A stretch of 64,000 nucleotides of DNA, from positions 32,001 to 96,000 of the forward strand of contig JAHQWK010000004.1 in NCBI GenBank assembly GCA_029856145.1, written 5' to 3'. The DNA comes from Promethearchaeia archaeon. GTDB taxonomy: Archaea; Asgardarchaeota; Lokiarchaeia; Sigyniarchaeales; SOKP01. A program made the position numbers and the translations under genes. The notes under the pieces were generated by a model. That model searched no databases. It had not been told where the DNA came from and was given only the letters and a program-made list of their open reading frames with translations. This document shows, piece after piece, positions 17,586 to 26,899 of the stretch (position 1 is its first letter; every line of letters begins with the position of its first letter).

Positions 17586-19775
17586 TTACCAAGATATTCC
17601 TTTAAAAAACTTAATCTCTTGAATTAATTTTTGAGATTCGTGTTGTGGAATCTCCATAAATGCATAAAATTCATTCTGCCAAAATGCTCTTCCGGAACTA
17701 GTTGACCGAATCTCTTCAGCAAATTTAATTGAATGTCTCACAGGTATTAAAATTTCCATAACTGCTTGATATTCTTTGTCTTGGTCTATATTCTTAATCT
17801 TAGTAGAATATTTTGATAGTAATGTAATAGTATTTTTAATGTAATCAGGTGGAAGTTGGATGATGGTATGATATATTGGCTCTAAAAGAATTAAATCCGC
17901 TTCAATTAATCCAGTCTTGATTGCCTCATAAAACATAGAAGATAATTCGGTAAAAACATTTTCATGTGGAATATTTTGAATATTCAAATCTTCAATTGTA
18001 ATTTTAATTTCTGCTAATTTTTCACTACAAAGTGGACCATTTAAATGGATTTTTTCAATTATCTCAGAGATTGCATTTTTATAAAATTCATTTAATTCAA
18101 ATTCTCCCTTGTATATCAATATGTTTTGATCATAATCACTCATCCAGAAATTTTCGATCTCTTCTTCACTAAGACATGTTTTTTCGCTCAAGATCTCTTT
18201 AAATTTTATGATAGGTTTTATTGTTTTATAATCAATATTGCGAAAAAACCTTACAGTTTTATCATCTAGCCGTTCAATTTTCAATTTAAGAGAACTTTGA
18301 CTATTGGGAGAGTTTACTGATATTAAAGAAGAATGATTTCGACATGATTCTTTAAAAACAGCTCTAGGTTCAGAAGTAGAAACATTTACTCCTCTTTTTC
18401 CAATTTCATTTGCAGATACTTCCAAATGGAGAGGACCTGCACCCGACAAGAGAAATTCACCATTTTCTTCATTTATATCGAATTTCAGATTTGGATCTTC
18501 AATTAACAGATTTTCTATTAATTCTTTCATTTTATCTAGATCTCTTAGATATTCTGGTTCAATTGAAACGGAAACGACGGGGCTTGTAACATATTTCACA
18601 CTTTCAAATGGTACCATGTCATCAATATGGTTACTGTCTATTATTGTTTCACCACTTTTTATCTTCTTGAGGCCTTCTATTGCAAGGATATTACCAACAG
18701 GTATGGTTTCTACTTGCTCCCTTCTTTGTCCCATGAAAATGGCAATTCGTTGAATTTTCTCATAAGTATTTTCATTTAAAAGAAAAATTTCTTTTTTGTT
18801 TGTACAGCTTCCAGAAAAAATCCTTCCCGTTGATATTAATCCGTGTTTATCAACTTGTACTTTACTTAAACACACAATTAAAGGACCTTTTGGGTCACAA
18901 TTTAGCATAGCTTTTCCTAATTCAGAATTAATATCTCCATCCCAGATTTTTTCAATTCTATATTTTTGTGCTTCTATTGGATTTGGTAAATGATCCACAA
19001 CCATCTCCAATATAGCTTTATGAATTGGAAAATATGTAGCCAAATCAGCATAAGTTTCCTTTGTATAGGTATCTTTATTATACCTCTCTCTAATACCTAT
19101 AAATTTCAAGTTGCTTTTTTCTATAATGTTTAATGTAAAACCCCATTTATGAAGAGCTGAACCAAATGCAACATTTCCTGCTAAAGGTGATACTTTCCAC
19201 CTCTTATTAAAAGGATGTTCAGCATATCTTTCTATTAGAGTGTTGAATGACTTAATTATTCGTATATACTTCTTTTTTATATCTTCATCAGAAAGCTTCA
19301 ATTCTCTAATTAGGCGATCTACTTTATTAATGAATAATACTGGTTTAACTCCTTCTTGGAGGGCTTGTTTAATTACAGTTTCAGATTGTGTAATTACTTC
19401 TTCAACTGCGTCGACTACCACTACCACTCCATCCACTAATCTTAATGCGCGAGTTACTTTTCCACTAAAATCTAAATGACCCGGTGTATCAACTAAATTA
19501 ATAAGAAAGGGTTCATGCCCTTCAAGAGATTTCTCATAATATAAAGAAATGTTTGCTGATTTCATTGTAATGCCTCGTCTTTGTTCTTCTTCAAGAAAAT
19601 CTAAAGCACGAGCTTCACCTGCCAAATCTGGTGATAAAAATCCTGCTTCACTCAGTAAAGAATCAGAGAGTGTTGTTTTTCCGTGGTCGATGTGCCCTAC
19701 TAAAGCCATACACCTTATTCTAGTAGGGTCCTCCATTAAATTTAGTATTTCCACAATTTCTTTCCTTCGAGGCAT
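17586..19775 (-). CDS. Elongation factor 2 paralog (aEF-2p type)
   Basis: GHIDHGKTT, RGITM, DTPGHLDF, NKVD, GSA, LLEPIY; domain IV loop reads NIPHENVF rather than HRG. Confidence 0.9.
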   Translation of the reverse strand: MPRRKEIVEILNLMEDPTRIRCMALVGHIDHGKTTLSDSLLSEAGFLSPDLAGEARALDFLEEEQRRGITMKSANISLYYEKSLEGHEPFLINLVDTPGHLDFSGKVTRALRLVDGVVVVVDAVEEVITQSETVIKQALQEGVKPVLFINKVDRLIRELKLSDEDIKKKYIRIIKSFNTLIERYAEHPFNKRWKVSPLAGNVAFGSALHKWGFTLNIIEKSNLKFIGIRERYNKDTYTKETYADLATYFPIHKAILEMVVDHLPNPIEAQKYRIEKIWDGDINSELGKAMLNCDPKGPLIVCLSKVQVDKHGLISTGRIFSGSCTNKKEIFLLNENTYEKIQRIAIFMGQRREQVETIPVGNILAIEGLKKIKSGETIIDSNHIDDMVPFESVKYVTSPVVSVSIEPEYLRDLDKMKELIENLLIEDPNLKFDINEENGEFLLSGAGPLHLEVSANEIGKRGVNVSTSEPRAVFKESCRNHSSLISVNSPNSQSSLKLKIERLDDKTVRFFRNIDYKTIKPIIKFKEILSEKTCLSEEEIENFWMSDYDQNILIYKGEFELNEFYKNAISEIIEKIHLNGPLCSEKLAEIKITIEDLNIQNIPHENVFTELSSMFYEAIKTGLIEADLILLEPIYHTIIQLPPDYIKNTITLLSKYSTKIKNIDQDKEYQAVMEILIPVRHSIKFAEEIRSTSSGRAFWQNEFYAFMEIPQHESQKLIQEIKFFKGISW

Positions 19776-19863
19776 GATCTGGTGAAATATTTTTCTATAA
19801 TCTTATTTAGGATTATAAATACTTTGATTAAAATTTTAGGATTTTTATGGAAAGATAATTAGC

Positions 19864-19958
19864 GGGAAATGATTTTTCAAGACTCAAGATCTTCTTCATT
19901 AATCAGCAAACCAGTGTTGATTTCAGTTGGGTCAGAGCTTTCAATAAAATCATTTCCC
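19864..19958 (+). ncRNA. Candidate structured RNA: 95-nt extended hairpin
   Basis: 13-bp perfect terminal stem GGGAAATGATTTT/AAAATCATTTCCC plus nested stems GACTCAA/TTGGGTC and AATCAGCA/TGTTGATT, each with a G-U pair on the + strand. Confidence 0.5.
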
Positions 19959-19977
19959 TAAGATAATAAAGGAAGAG

Positions 19978-20610
19978 TTATAATTTAACTTCACCATTAA
20001 TACGAACTATTCTTCCATCAATATGTAATCTTCCATCGCAGAACAGTTCAATTGCCTTGGGGAATGCTTTATGTTCCCATTCTAAAATTCTAGGAGCAAG
20101 CGTTTTTTTTGTATCAGTATCATAAACAGTTACAGCGTGTTGAATAATAATTGGGCCATGATCTTCATGAATATCTACAAAATGAACAGTAACACCAGAG
20201 ACTTTTACTCCATAGGCAAGAGCATCTTCATGCGCATGCATCCCCTTGAAGCTTGGCAGGAGTGCAGGATGGATATTCATAATACTATCCTTGAAAGTTT
20301 CTATGAAATATTGACTTACATATCTCATGTACCCTACTAATACAATAAGTTCACATTCATACTTTTTCAATATATCTATCATTTTTTGGTCAAATTCCTC
20401 TCTTGTCCCTTCATGTTTATCTGATTCAATTAGTACATATGGAATATTATGATTTTTAGCTCTTTCCATACAATATACTCCAGCTTTATTACAAATCAGA
20501 ACTTCTACTGTTGCTTTATCCTTCAAAATTCCGGCTTCGCAAGCATTAACTATTGCTTGGAAATTACTTCCAGACCCACTAGCAATTGCACCTATTTTTA
20601 CTTTACTCAT
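19978..20610 (-). CDS. purN: Phosphoribosylglycinamide formyltransferase
   Basis: ASGSGSNFQA, GYMR, NIHPALLP.F.G, GVTVHFV..DHGPII. Confidence 0.96.
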   Translation of the reverse strand: MSKVKIGAIASGSGSNFQAIVNACEAGILKDKATVEVLICNKAGVYCMERAKNHNIPYVLIESDKHEGTREEFDQKMIDILKKYECELIVLVGYMRYVSQYFIETFKDSIMNIHPALLPSFKGMHAHEDALAYGVKVSGVTVHFVDIHEDHGPIIIQHAVTVYDTDTKKTLAPRILEWEHKAFPKAIELFCDGRLHIDGRIVRINGEVKL

Positions 20611-21034
20611 AATTCTACTAAGTTTTTTCTCAAAAAAAAGAATACTTATTAATGAAGAATTATCAAATGGGAAAGAGTTGGAAAAAGAATATATAATAAA
20701 ATTTTAGATTTTTGATAATGATAATGTTTTTATTTGATTAATTCATATTTATCATAGAAATTTAGTAATATTTCATTCTCAAAATTATTCTCTTCCGAAA
20801 ATAAGCTATAATGTAAGAGAATGTAATACTATTTATCAAAAATAAGCAATTACAAATTAACAAACTATATCGACAAGTAAATGAAATTTCAAGTATTATT
20901 AATCAATACACGATAATATTGATGATAATAATAAATCAAGACATTAAGAAATAAGAATCTAAATTTTACGATTTAATCATCATATCGTTAAGATTTCAAA
21001 TATAAAAAGTAATTAACTAGCGTAATGAAGATTT

Positions 21035-22945
21035 ATGAGTTTTGAAAGTGAATTGAAACGAATTATGGATGAGATTGTCCAGAACCTTCCGCCAGAAATA
21101 AATGTTAAGAAAATTGAGTTTGAAGGTCCTGAAATTGCCGTCTATTCTGAAAATGCAGATGTAGATGCGATTGAAAGCTCAACAATATTAAAGGATTTAG
21201 CAAAAACCATGCGAAAACGTGTTGTTTTTCGGTGGAATGTAGATAAACGTAAAGATCCAGCTGAAACTGAAAGCTACATTAGAAATCTAGTTAATGAAGA
21301 TGCTGAGATTACTAGTATCGAATTTGATCATACTAGAGGCGAAGTAATAATAGAATCTGGGAAACCAGGACTTGTCATTGGAAAAAAAGGTGTTAATTTA
21401 AAAGAGATAAGAACAAACACCTTTTGGCAGCCTAGAACCATTCGAACTCCTCCACTACATTCAAGAACAATCCAATTAATCAGAGGGATGCTTTCAAAGG
21501 AACGACAGACACAAAAAGATATTTTACTAAAAATTGGTAAAAGAATCCATAGACCCGTACTATTTAAAGATTTAAAAATTAGATTAAGTGCTTTAGGTGG
21601 TTTTAGAGAAGTTGGAAGATCTTGTATATTGATGCAAACAAGAGACAGTAATATTCTATTAGATGTTGGTTTAAATGTTGGAAATCCAAATGAGAGATTT
21701 CCATTCTTTGAAATTCCTGAATTTACAATAAGAGATCTTGATGCAGTCATTATATCACATGCACATTTAGATCACTGTGGACTTGTCCCATTTTTGTATA
21801 AATATGGATATAGAGGCCCAGTTTATAGTACTTTACCCACACGTAATCTATCAACGATGCTACAACTAGATTTTATTCAAATTTGTGAAAAAGAAGGATA
21901 CCCATCGCCATATTCGAAGAGAGATGTAAAATCAACAGTACTCCATACGATTCCTCTTTCTTGGGGTAAAGTGACAGATATTGCTCCCGATATTAAATTA
22001 ACACTTCATAATTCTGGACATATTTTAGGTTCCTCAATGGTGCATTTACATTTTGGAAAAGGAGATTATAATTTTGTCTATACAGGAGATTTTAAATATC
22101 AAAAAACTCGATTATTAGAAAAAGCTGCTGTTAAATTTCCAAGAGTAGAAGCCCTATTAATTGAATCTACTTATGGGGGGCCTCAAGATCGTATTCCTAG
22201 TAGACAAGAATCTGAAAGAGAGCTTAAACAAATACTGAATTCAACTCTCAAAAGGGGTGGAAAAGTTTTAATTCCAGTATTAGCTGTTGGGCGAGCACAA
22301 GAATTACTAATTGTGTTAGAAGAATATATTTCAAAAGGATTTATTGATAAAGTACCTATATTTATTGATGGGTTAATTAGTGAAGCGACAGCAATACATA
22401 CTGCTAATCCTGATTTTCTCAGTAGCGATCTTAGAGAAAAAATATTACATCAAGGTAAAAATCCATTTTTAAGTGATTATTTTGAAACCGTATCAGCGCA
22501 AGAAGAGAGACTCAATATTATCACAGGTGGGCCTTGTATTATCTTGGCAACAAGTGGTATGCTTATAGGTGGACCATCGGTGCAATACTTAAAAGCGCTA
22601 GCAGAAGATCCCAACAATGCATTAATTTTTGTTTCTTATCAAGTTTCGGGTACGCTTGGCTCACGTGTACAGAAAGGATTTAAATCGTTTAATTATGTAG
22701 ACGCAAAAGGACGTACACAACTCGTAAAAATTAATTTAAAAATATTTACTCTTGAAGGGTTTTCAGGGCATTCATCTCGTAGTCAAATATCACAATTCCT
22801 AAGGAGAATTCAACCAAGACCTAAAAAAGTTCTTGTTTGTCATGGAGAAGAGTCCAAAGCCATTAGTTTATCAACAATGATACACAAAAAACTACGTAAA
22901 TCGACTGCCGCCCCTAAAAATCTAGAAACTGTGCTTCTGAAATAA
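21035..22945 (+). CDS. fttA: Beta-CASP ribonuclease aCPSF1/FttA (KH-KH-MBL-beta-CASP)
   Basis: FEGPEI, KPGLVIGK, LGGFREVGRS, SHAHLDH, GHILGS, ESTYG, FSGHS, HGE. Confidence 0.96.
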   Translation: MSFESELKRIMDEIVQNLPPEINVKKIEFEGPEIAVYSENADVDAIESSTILKDLAKTMRKRVVFRWNVDKRKDPAETESYIRNLVNEDAEITSIEFDHTRGEVIIESGKPGLVIGKKGVNLKEIRTNTFWQPRTIRTPPLHSRTIQLIRGMLSKERQTQKDILLKIGKRIHRPVLFKDLKIRLSALGGFREVGRSCILMQTRDSNILLDVGLNVGNPNERFPFFEIPEFTIRDLDAVIISHAHLDHCGLVPFLYKYGYRGPVYSTLPTRNLSTMLQLDFIQICEKEGYPSPYSKRDVKSTVLHTIPLSWGKVTDIAPDIKLTLHNSGHILGSSMVHLHFGKGDYNFVYTGDFKYQKTRLLEKAAVKFPRVEALLIESTYGGPQDRIPSRQESERELKQILNSTLKRGGKVLIPVLAVGRAQELLIVLEEYISKGFIDKVPIFIDGLISEATAIHTANPDFLSSDLREKILHQGKNPFLSDYFETVSAQEERLNIITGGPCIILATSGMLIGGPSVQYLKALAEDPNNALIFVSYQVSGTLGSRVQKGFKSFNYVDAKGRTQLVKINLKIFTLEGFSGHSSRSQISQFLRRIQPRPKKVLVCHGEESKAISLSTMIHKKLRKSTAAPKNLETVLLK

Positions 22946-23154
22946 TCTTTTTAATCAAATTTTTCTACTATTTGATCATTATCTAATATTAAATTTTAGG
23001 GATTAATATTTTGAGTAAATTTTGAATTGAAATATTTGAATTTATTTTGATGTCACAAGGTTTTTTTTCTTTAGCTTTTTTGTAAGGAAAAAATAATTTT
23101 TTTAAACAGTATTAATTAATCTTTTTATACTTTTATTGAGCTTAGTGGTAATTT

Positions 23155-24108
23155 TTGAATATAAAAGACTTTAAAATAAAAAATCATTCGATAACAATAT
23201 TTAGGCGTATCTTTCAAATTATCGCTTTCTTCATAATTAATTATTTAATCCTAGAAATAATTTTCGCAATTAATTTAATTGGCTTAGAGGGACTTTTAAA
23301 AGTACTTCCTATTTTAAATTCTGCTAGAAATCCCCTTTCAAATAGTACTGGAATTATAGAAATCATCTTCTATTCTTTTACGGCTGGAATAATTCCAATT
23401 TTTCTTATAGGAGTATTTATAATAATTATATTATTCACAAACAGATTTTTTTGTGGGTGGATATGTCCTATTGGAACAATTCAAGATGCATGTGCAGCAG
23501 TTCCAACAAAAAAAAGAACAGTAAAGATTAGTGGAGGGATTTTGAATCATAAATCTTTATTGAAAATTAAATATATTATAGTAGTATTCATACTCTTGCT
23601 TGTTGTCCCTTTAGCTATAATAGCAACAATAAATTGGCCATTTTATATAGAATATAGAGCAAATTTAGGAGATTTTGGAGATAATCCATTATCCTACTTC
23701 TCATTATCTGAATTTATTTTTGTTTTTTTTCCTGATTTGATTCGACAAATTATTGAGACAAGAAGTATTGCCCCCATTTTTTCCAATTTAATAGTGTTTA
23801 TTATTTCCATTTTTTATATCGCTCTTTTAGTCTTATCAGTATGGTATCCAAGGTTATACTGTAGATATATTTGCCCATTTGCGGCCGTGTCTTCTGTTGT
23901 TAGTGAATATTCTTTTTTGAAACTATCAAGGAGTCCGGTTAAATGCGTAGGAAGGGCGGAATGTGGGATTTGTGAAAAAGTTTGTCCGAAACAAATAAGG
24001 ATATTAGATGAGCCATTTGAATTCTTCACTGGAAAAGGTGAATGTAATTTATGCCTAAAATGTAAAGAAGCATGTCCATATAAAGCGATAGATATCAAGA
24101 TAGGTTAA
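23155..24108 (+). CDS. Membrane polyferredoxin (NapH/MauN-like)
   Basis: RFFCGWICPIG, YCRYICP, C-terminal CxxCxxxCP motifs, several TM helices. Confidence 0.85.
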   Translation: MNIKDFKIKNHSITIFRRIFQIIAFFIINYLILEIIFAINLIGLEGLLKVLPILNSARNPLSNSTGIIEIIFYSFTAGIIPIFLIGVFIIIILFTNRFFCGWICPIGTIQDACAAVPTKKRTVKISGGILNHKSLLKIKYIIVVFILLLVVPLAIIATINWPFYIEYRANLGDFGDNPLSYFSLSEFIFVFFPDLIRQIIETRSIAPIFSNLIVFIISIFYIALLVLSVWYPRLYCRYICPFAAVSSVVSEYSFLKLSRSPVKCVGRAECGICEKVCPKQIRILDEPFEFFTGKGECNLCLKCKEACPYKAIDIKIG

Positions 24109-24238
24109 TTAGAATTAAAAAGATTATCATTTATTCAAGAGAAAAATCTTTATATTTTAGTACTACGTTAGAAAAATCTTTATAATAACCAATCTAATCT
24201 TATATCAATAGTTTCAAGGAAAAATTTCTCTTATCAAA

Positions 24239-25441
24239 ATGGATAAACGCATAATTGATCTTTTACAAACTCGAATGAAAAGAGATGTGAATGTAGGAAT
24301 TCACGGTATATTGGATTCTGAAGCTATTAGATATCATAAAGAAGAAAGCGAAGAAATTAGACCTCCATTCTTTAGAGATGTTGATAGGATTGTCCATTCC
24401 AAGGCTTATGCCCGTTATATTGACAAATCTCAGGTATTTTTTGATGTAAATAACGCCAATATCACCCATCGCTCACTTCATGTCCATATAGTCTCTAGAA
24501 TTGCTCGTCAAATAGGAAGAGTCTTAAGATTGAATACTGATTTAATAGAAGCAATTGCATTGGGTCATGACGTTGGCCATGCTCCCTTTGGGCATTTAGG
24601 TGAAGATATTCTATATGAGATTAGTAAAAAATATAATATGGGTACTTTTAGTCATAATGCTCAAGGAATTCGATGGCTTTCTTATCTTGAAAAAAGGAAT
24701 CCAGAACAACCTGCTAATGGTCTTAATTTGACATTGCAAGTCCTTGATGGAATTCTTTGCCATGATGGTGAAGTCAACGAACAACAATTGAAGCCTATCA
24801 AAAGAAATGGAAAGACTTGGGAAGATCATTTTGAGGAATATAAAGATTGCTTTAATGATAATGAGATTAAGAGAATTCCAATGACTTATGAAGCTATTGT
24901 TACTAGATTCAGTGATACAATTAGCTATATAGGGAGAGATATTGAAGATGCAATTTTGTTAAAGCTAATAAGCCGGAGTGAAATTCCTGATCATTGTAAA
25001 AAGGTTCTTGGAGATACAAATCCTAAAATTATAGATACTTTAATAACTGATCTACTTAATTTCAGCTTAAATAATGATGTTATAGGATATTCAGATGAGA
25101 TTTTCCAAGCTTTAAAAGAATTGAAAGCATTTAATTATGATAACATATATATTAGAAGAGATTTGTTTAAGAAAAATTCTACTGAAAAAACTTTTATCGA
25201 CAAATTAAAAGAGAGATTTATATTAATTTTTAAGAGATCTTTAAAGGATTTAGAAGAAGAAAATTATAATACTCCTATTTTTAGAGATCATATTGAATAT
25301 ATTGATGATAAAAATTACAATACTTATTTTGAGCCCCAAAAAAATAATAATCAATTAACACTCATAGTCCGGGATTATATCGCGGGAATGTCTGATAAAT
25401 ACTTTAATGAAATTTATGAGAAATTTCGAAAAAACAAATAA
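24239..25441 (+). CDS. HD-domain dNTP triphosphohydrolase (dGTPase-like)
   Basis: RDVDRIVHS, KSQV, RSLH, GHDVGHAPFGH.GE, HNAQG, DYIAGMSD. Confidence 0.9.
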   Translation: MDKRIIDLLQTRMKRDVNVGIHGILDSEAIRYHKEESEEIRPPFFRDVDRIVHSKAYARYIDKSQVFFDVNNANITHRSLHVHIVSRIARQIGRVLRLNTDLIEAIALGHDVGHAPFGHLGEDILYEISKKYNMGTFSHNAQGIRWLSYLEKRNPEQPANGLNLTLQVLDGILCHDGEVNEQQLKPIKRNGKTWEDHFEEYKDCFNDNEIKRIPMTYEAIVTRFSDTISYIGRDIEDAILLKLISRSEIPDHCKKVLGDTNPKIIDTLITDLLNFSLNNDVIGYSDEIFQALKELKAFNYDNIYIRRDLFKKNSTEKTFIDKLKERFILIFKRSLKDLEEENYNTPIFRDHIEYIDDKNYNTYFEPQKNNNQLTLIVRDYIAGMSDKYFNEIYEKFRKNK

Positions 25442-25521
25442 AACACTACTTTTATATGATTTGAATATAATGGAATTAAGATATAATATCAATATCATAT
25501 CAATATTTAAATTTAAAAAGG

Positions 25522-25667
25522 GGACTACACACAGTGGAGGAATAAAGTAAAAAAGTATTCTCAGTTTATAAGGGGTTTTTTTTTATTTTCAGTCACACGG
25601 GGTTTATAAAAACTAGTTTATTAAACTGATATCTTTTTGAGTCCTCCAGATCAAGTGTGTGTAATCC
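25522..25667. ncRNA. Candidate structured RNA or foldback element: ~146-nt extended hairpin
   Basis: Nested stems GGACTACACACA/TGTGTGTAATCC, TGGAGGA/TCCTCCA, AAAAAG/CTTTTT, TCAGTTTA/TAAACTGA and GTTTTT/AAAAAC, all in the correct nesting order. Confidence 0.5.
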
Positions 25668-25853
25668 AGTATATATATAGAGGATAGTAAATAAAAATCT
25701 ATCTTATTTAAAAAAGGAATTTTTTTATATGAAAATTTATATTTTGCAAGCCTTATACCAATACTCTTTTAAATTTAAATAATTGAGAAAGGTTTTTTAG
25801 AGTTTTCAGATTATTAATATTCAAATAAATTAGATTCAGAAAATCTCTGAAAA

Positions 25854-25955
25854 AGCCCAGTGGTGTAGAGGTCAAGCATCGGGGGCCCTGATAAGTCTTT
25901 ATGTCTAAGATCTTGGAGATACCCCTGGACCACGGTTCGAATCCGTGCTGGGCTA
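25854..25955 (+). tRNA. tRNA-Gln(CTG) with a 29-nt intron at 37/38 (25892-25920)
   Basis: Acceptor AGCCCAG/CTGGGCT (A1-U72), anticodon stem GGGGG/CCCCT, T arm CACGG-TTCGAAT-CCGTG; bulge-helix-bulge with outer helix AAGTCTT/AAGA(T)CTT; position 33 is C. Confidence 0.9.
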
Positions 25956-25963
25956 TTTTTCTT

Positions 25964-26323
25964 TTAACCTGTACGTTTAATGAGATGATATCCAAATTTC
26001 GTTTTAACTGGTTGAGAAATTTCTCCAATTTTTAATTTAGTACACGCGCTCCAAAATTCAGAAACCATATCCCCTTTACCAAATTCACCTAAATTGCCTC
26101 CTCTCTTCTTACTTGGGCATGTAGAATATTGACTAGCCAAATGTGCTAATTTATCACCTGCCATTAAATCTTCATAAATCTCTTGAGCTTTACTAAACTT
26201 CTCAACTAAGATGTGACTTGCTTTTATTTTTCCCTCGCGAATAGGATCTCCCGCTTGTTTAGAACTACCACCCGTTGATTGTTTTCCCTTTTGAAAACCT
26301 TTTCCATATTTATTTTTACCCAC
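25964..26323 (-). CDS. Parvulin-type peptidyl-prolyl isomerase with a basic Gly/Lys N-terminal tail
   Basis: ASHILV, LA.QYS.CPS..RGG.LG.F..G.MV.EF, PVKTKFGYHLI. Confidence 0.93.
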   Translation of the reverse strand: MGKNKYGKGFQKGKQSTGGSSKQAGDPIREGKIKASHILVEKFSKAQEIYEDLMAGDKLAHLASQYSTCPSKKRGGNLGEFGKGDMVSEFWSACTKLKIGEISQPVKTKFGYHLIKRTG

Positions 26324-26405
26324 TATTATATCACCAAATTTGAATTATGTCAGACTAAATTTTTATAAAAAATATTTTAGGTGTTTAGGTAATAAAAAGA
26401 TGATT

Positions 26406-26822
26406 TTAGTTTATAATCAAATACCTAAAATTTCTTATTTCTTCAATGCTGTTTATTTCAACAACAAGTTTTTGGAAATCTTGAAGATTTCCGTCATAAA
26501 TCATGAATGTAATGAAATTTTGATTCACAAAATTTAAGTTTTTGCTAACAATTTGTTCTTTATACTCACTTTCAATTCTATTCAATTTTTTTTGAACTTT
26601 GGATTCATTAGGAGCAACAATAATCATGTTACCAATTATATTCTTTGCAATAGGAGTAAAATCGCTAAATGTATCTAGAGTAGAGGATATATCCTCTGTA
26701 GACATTAAGCGTAATAGAGCATCTCTAATTAATTTAGATTTATTTTCATACTGATTTTTTGAAACAAGTTTATTTATGAATTTCTTAAGATTCTCATTTA
26801 AAGACACAGAAATAATTGGCAT
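26406..26822 (-). CDS. Ribbon-helix-helix (CopG/NikR-like) regulator
   Basis: PIISVSLNENL...YENKSKLIRDAL; C-terminal ACT-like region without the NikR His ligands. Confidence 0.8.
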   Translation of the reverse strand: MPIISVSLNENLKKFINKLVSKNQYENKSKLIRDALLRLMSTEDISSTLDTFSDFTPIAKNIIGNMIIVAPNESKVQKKLNRIESEYKEQIVSKNLNFVNQNFITFMIYDGNLQDFQKLVVEINSIEEIRNFRYLIIN

Positions 26823-26899
26823 AATATAGGCAACTTTTTGTTTTTATTATTAAATATAGTCTTAACAATTTATAAATCTTTTTTTAGGTAAAATTAAGC

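Noticed and set aside
19864-19958. Hairpin as a SECIS element or C/D-box RNA
   Set aside because: No in-frame TGA in the flanking genes and no convincing SECIS core; box C-like motifs are imperfect, so no class was assigned
25753-26028. 91-aa minus-strand ORF
   Set aside because: Antisense to tRNA-Gln and overlaps the parvulin gene; spurious
26406-26822. Bona fide NikR
   Set aside because: Lacks the His/Cys nickel ligands in the C-terminal domain
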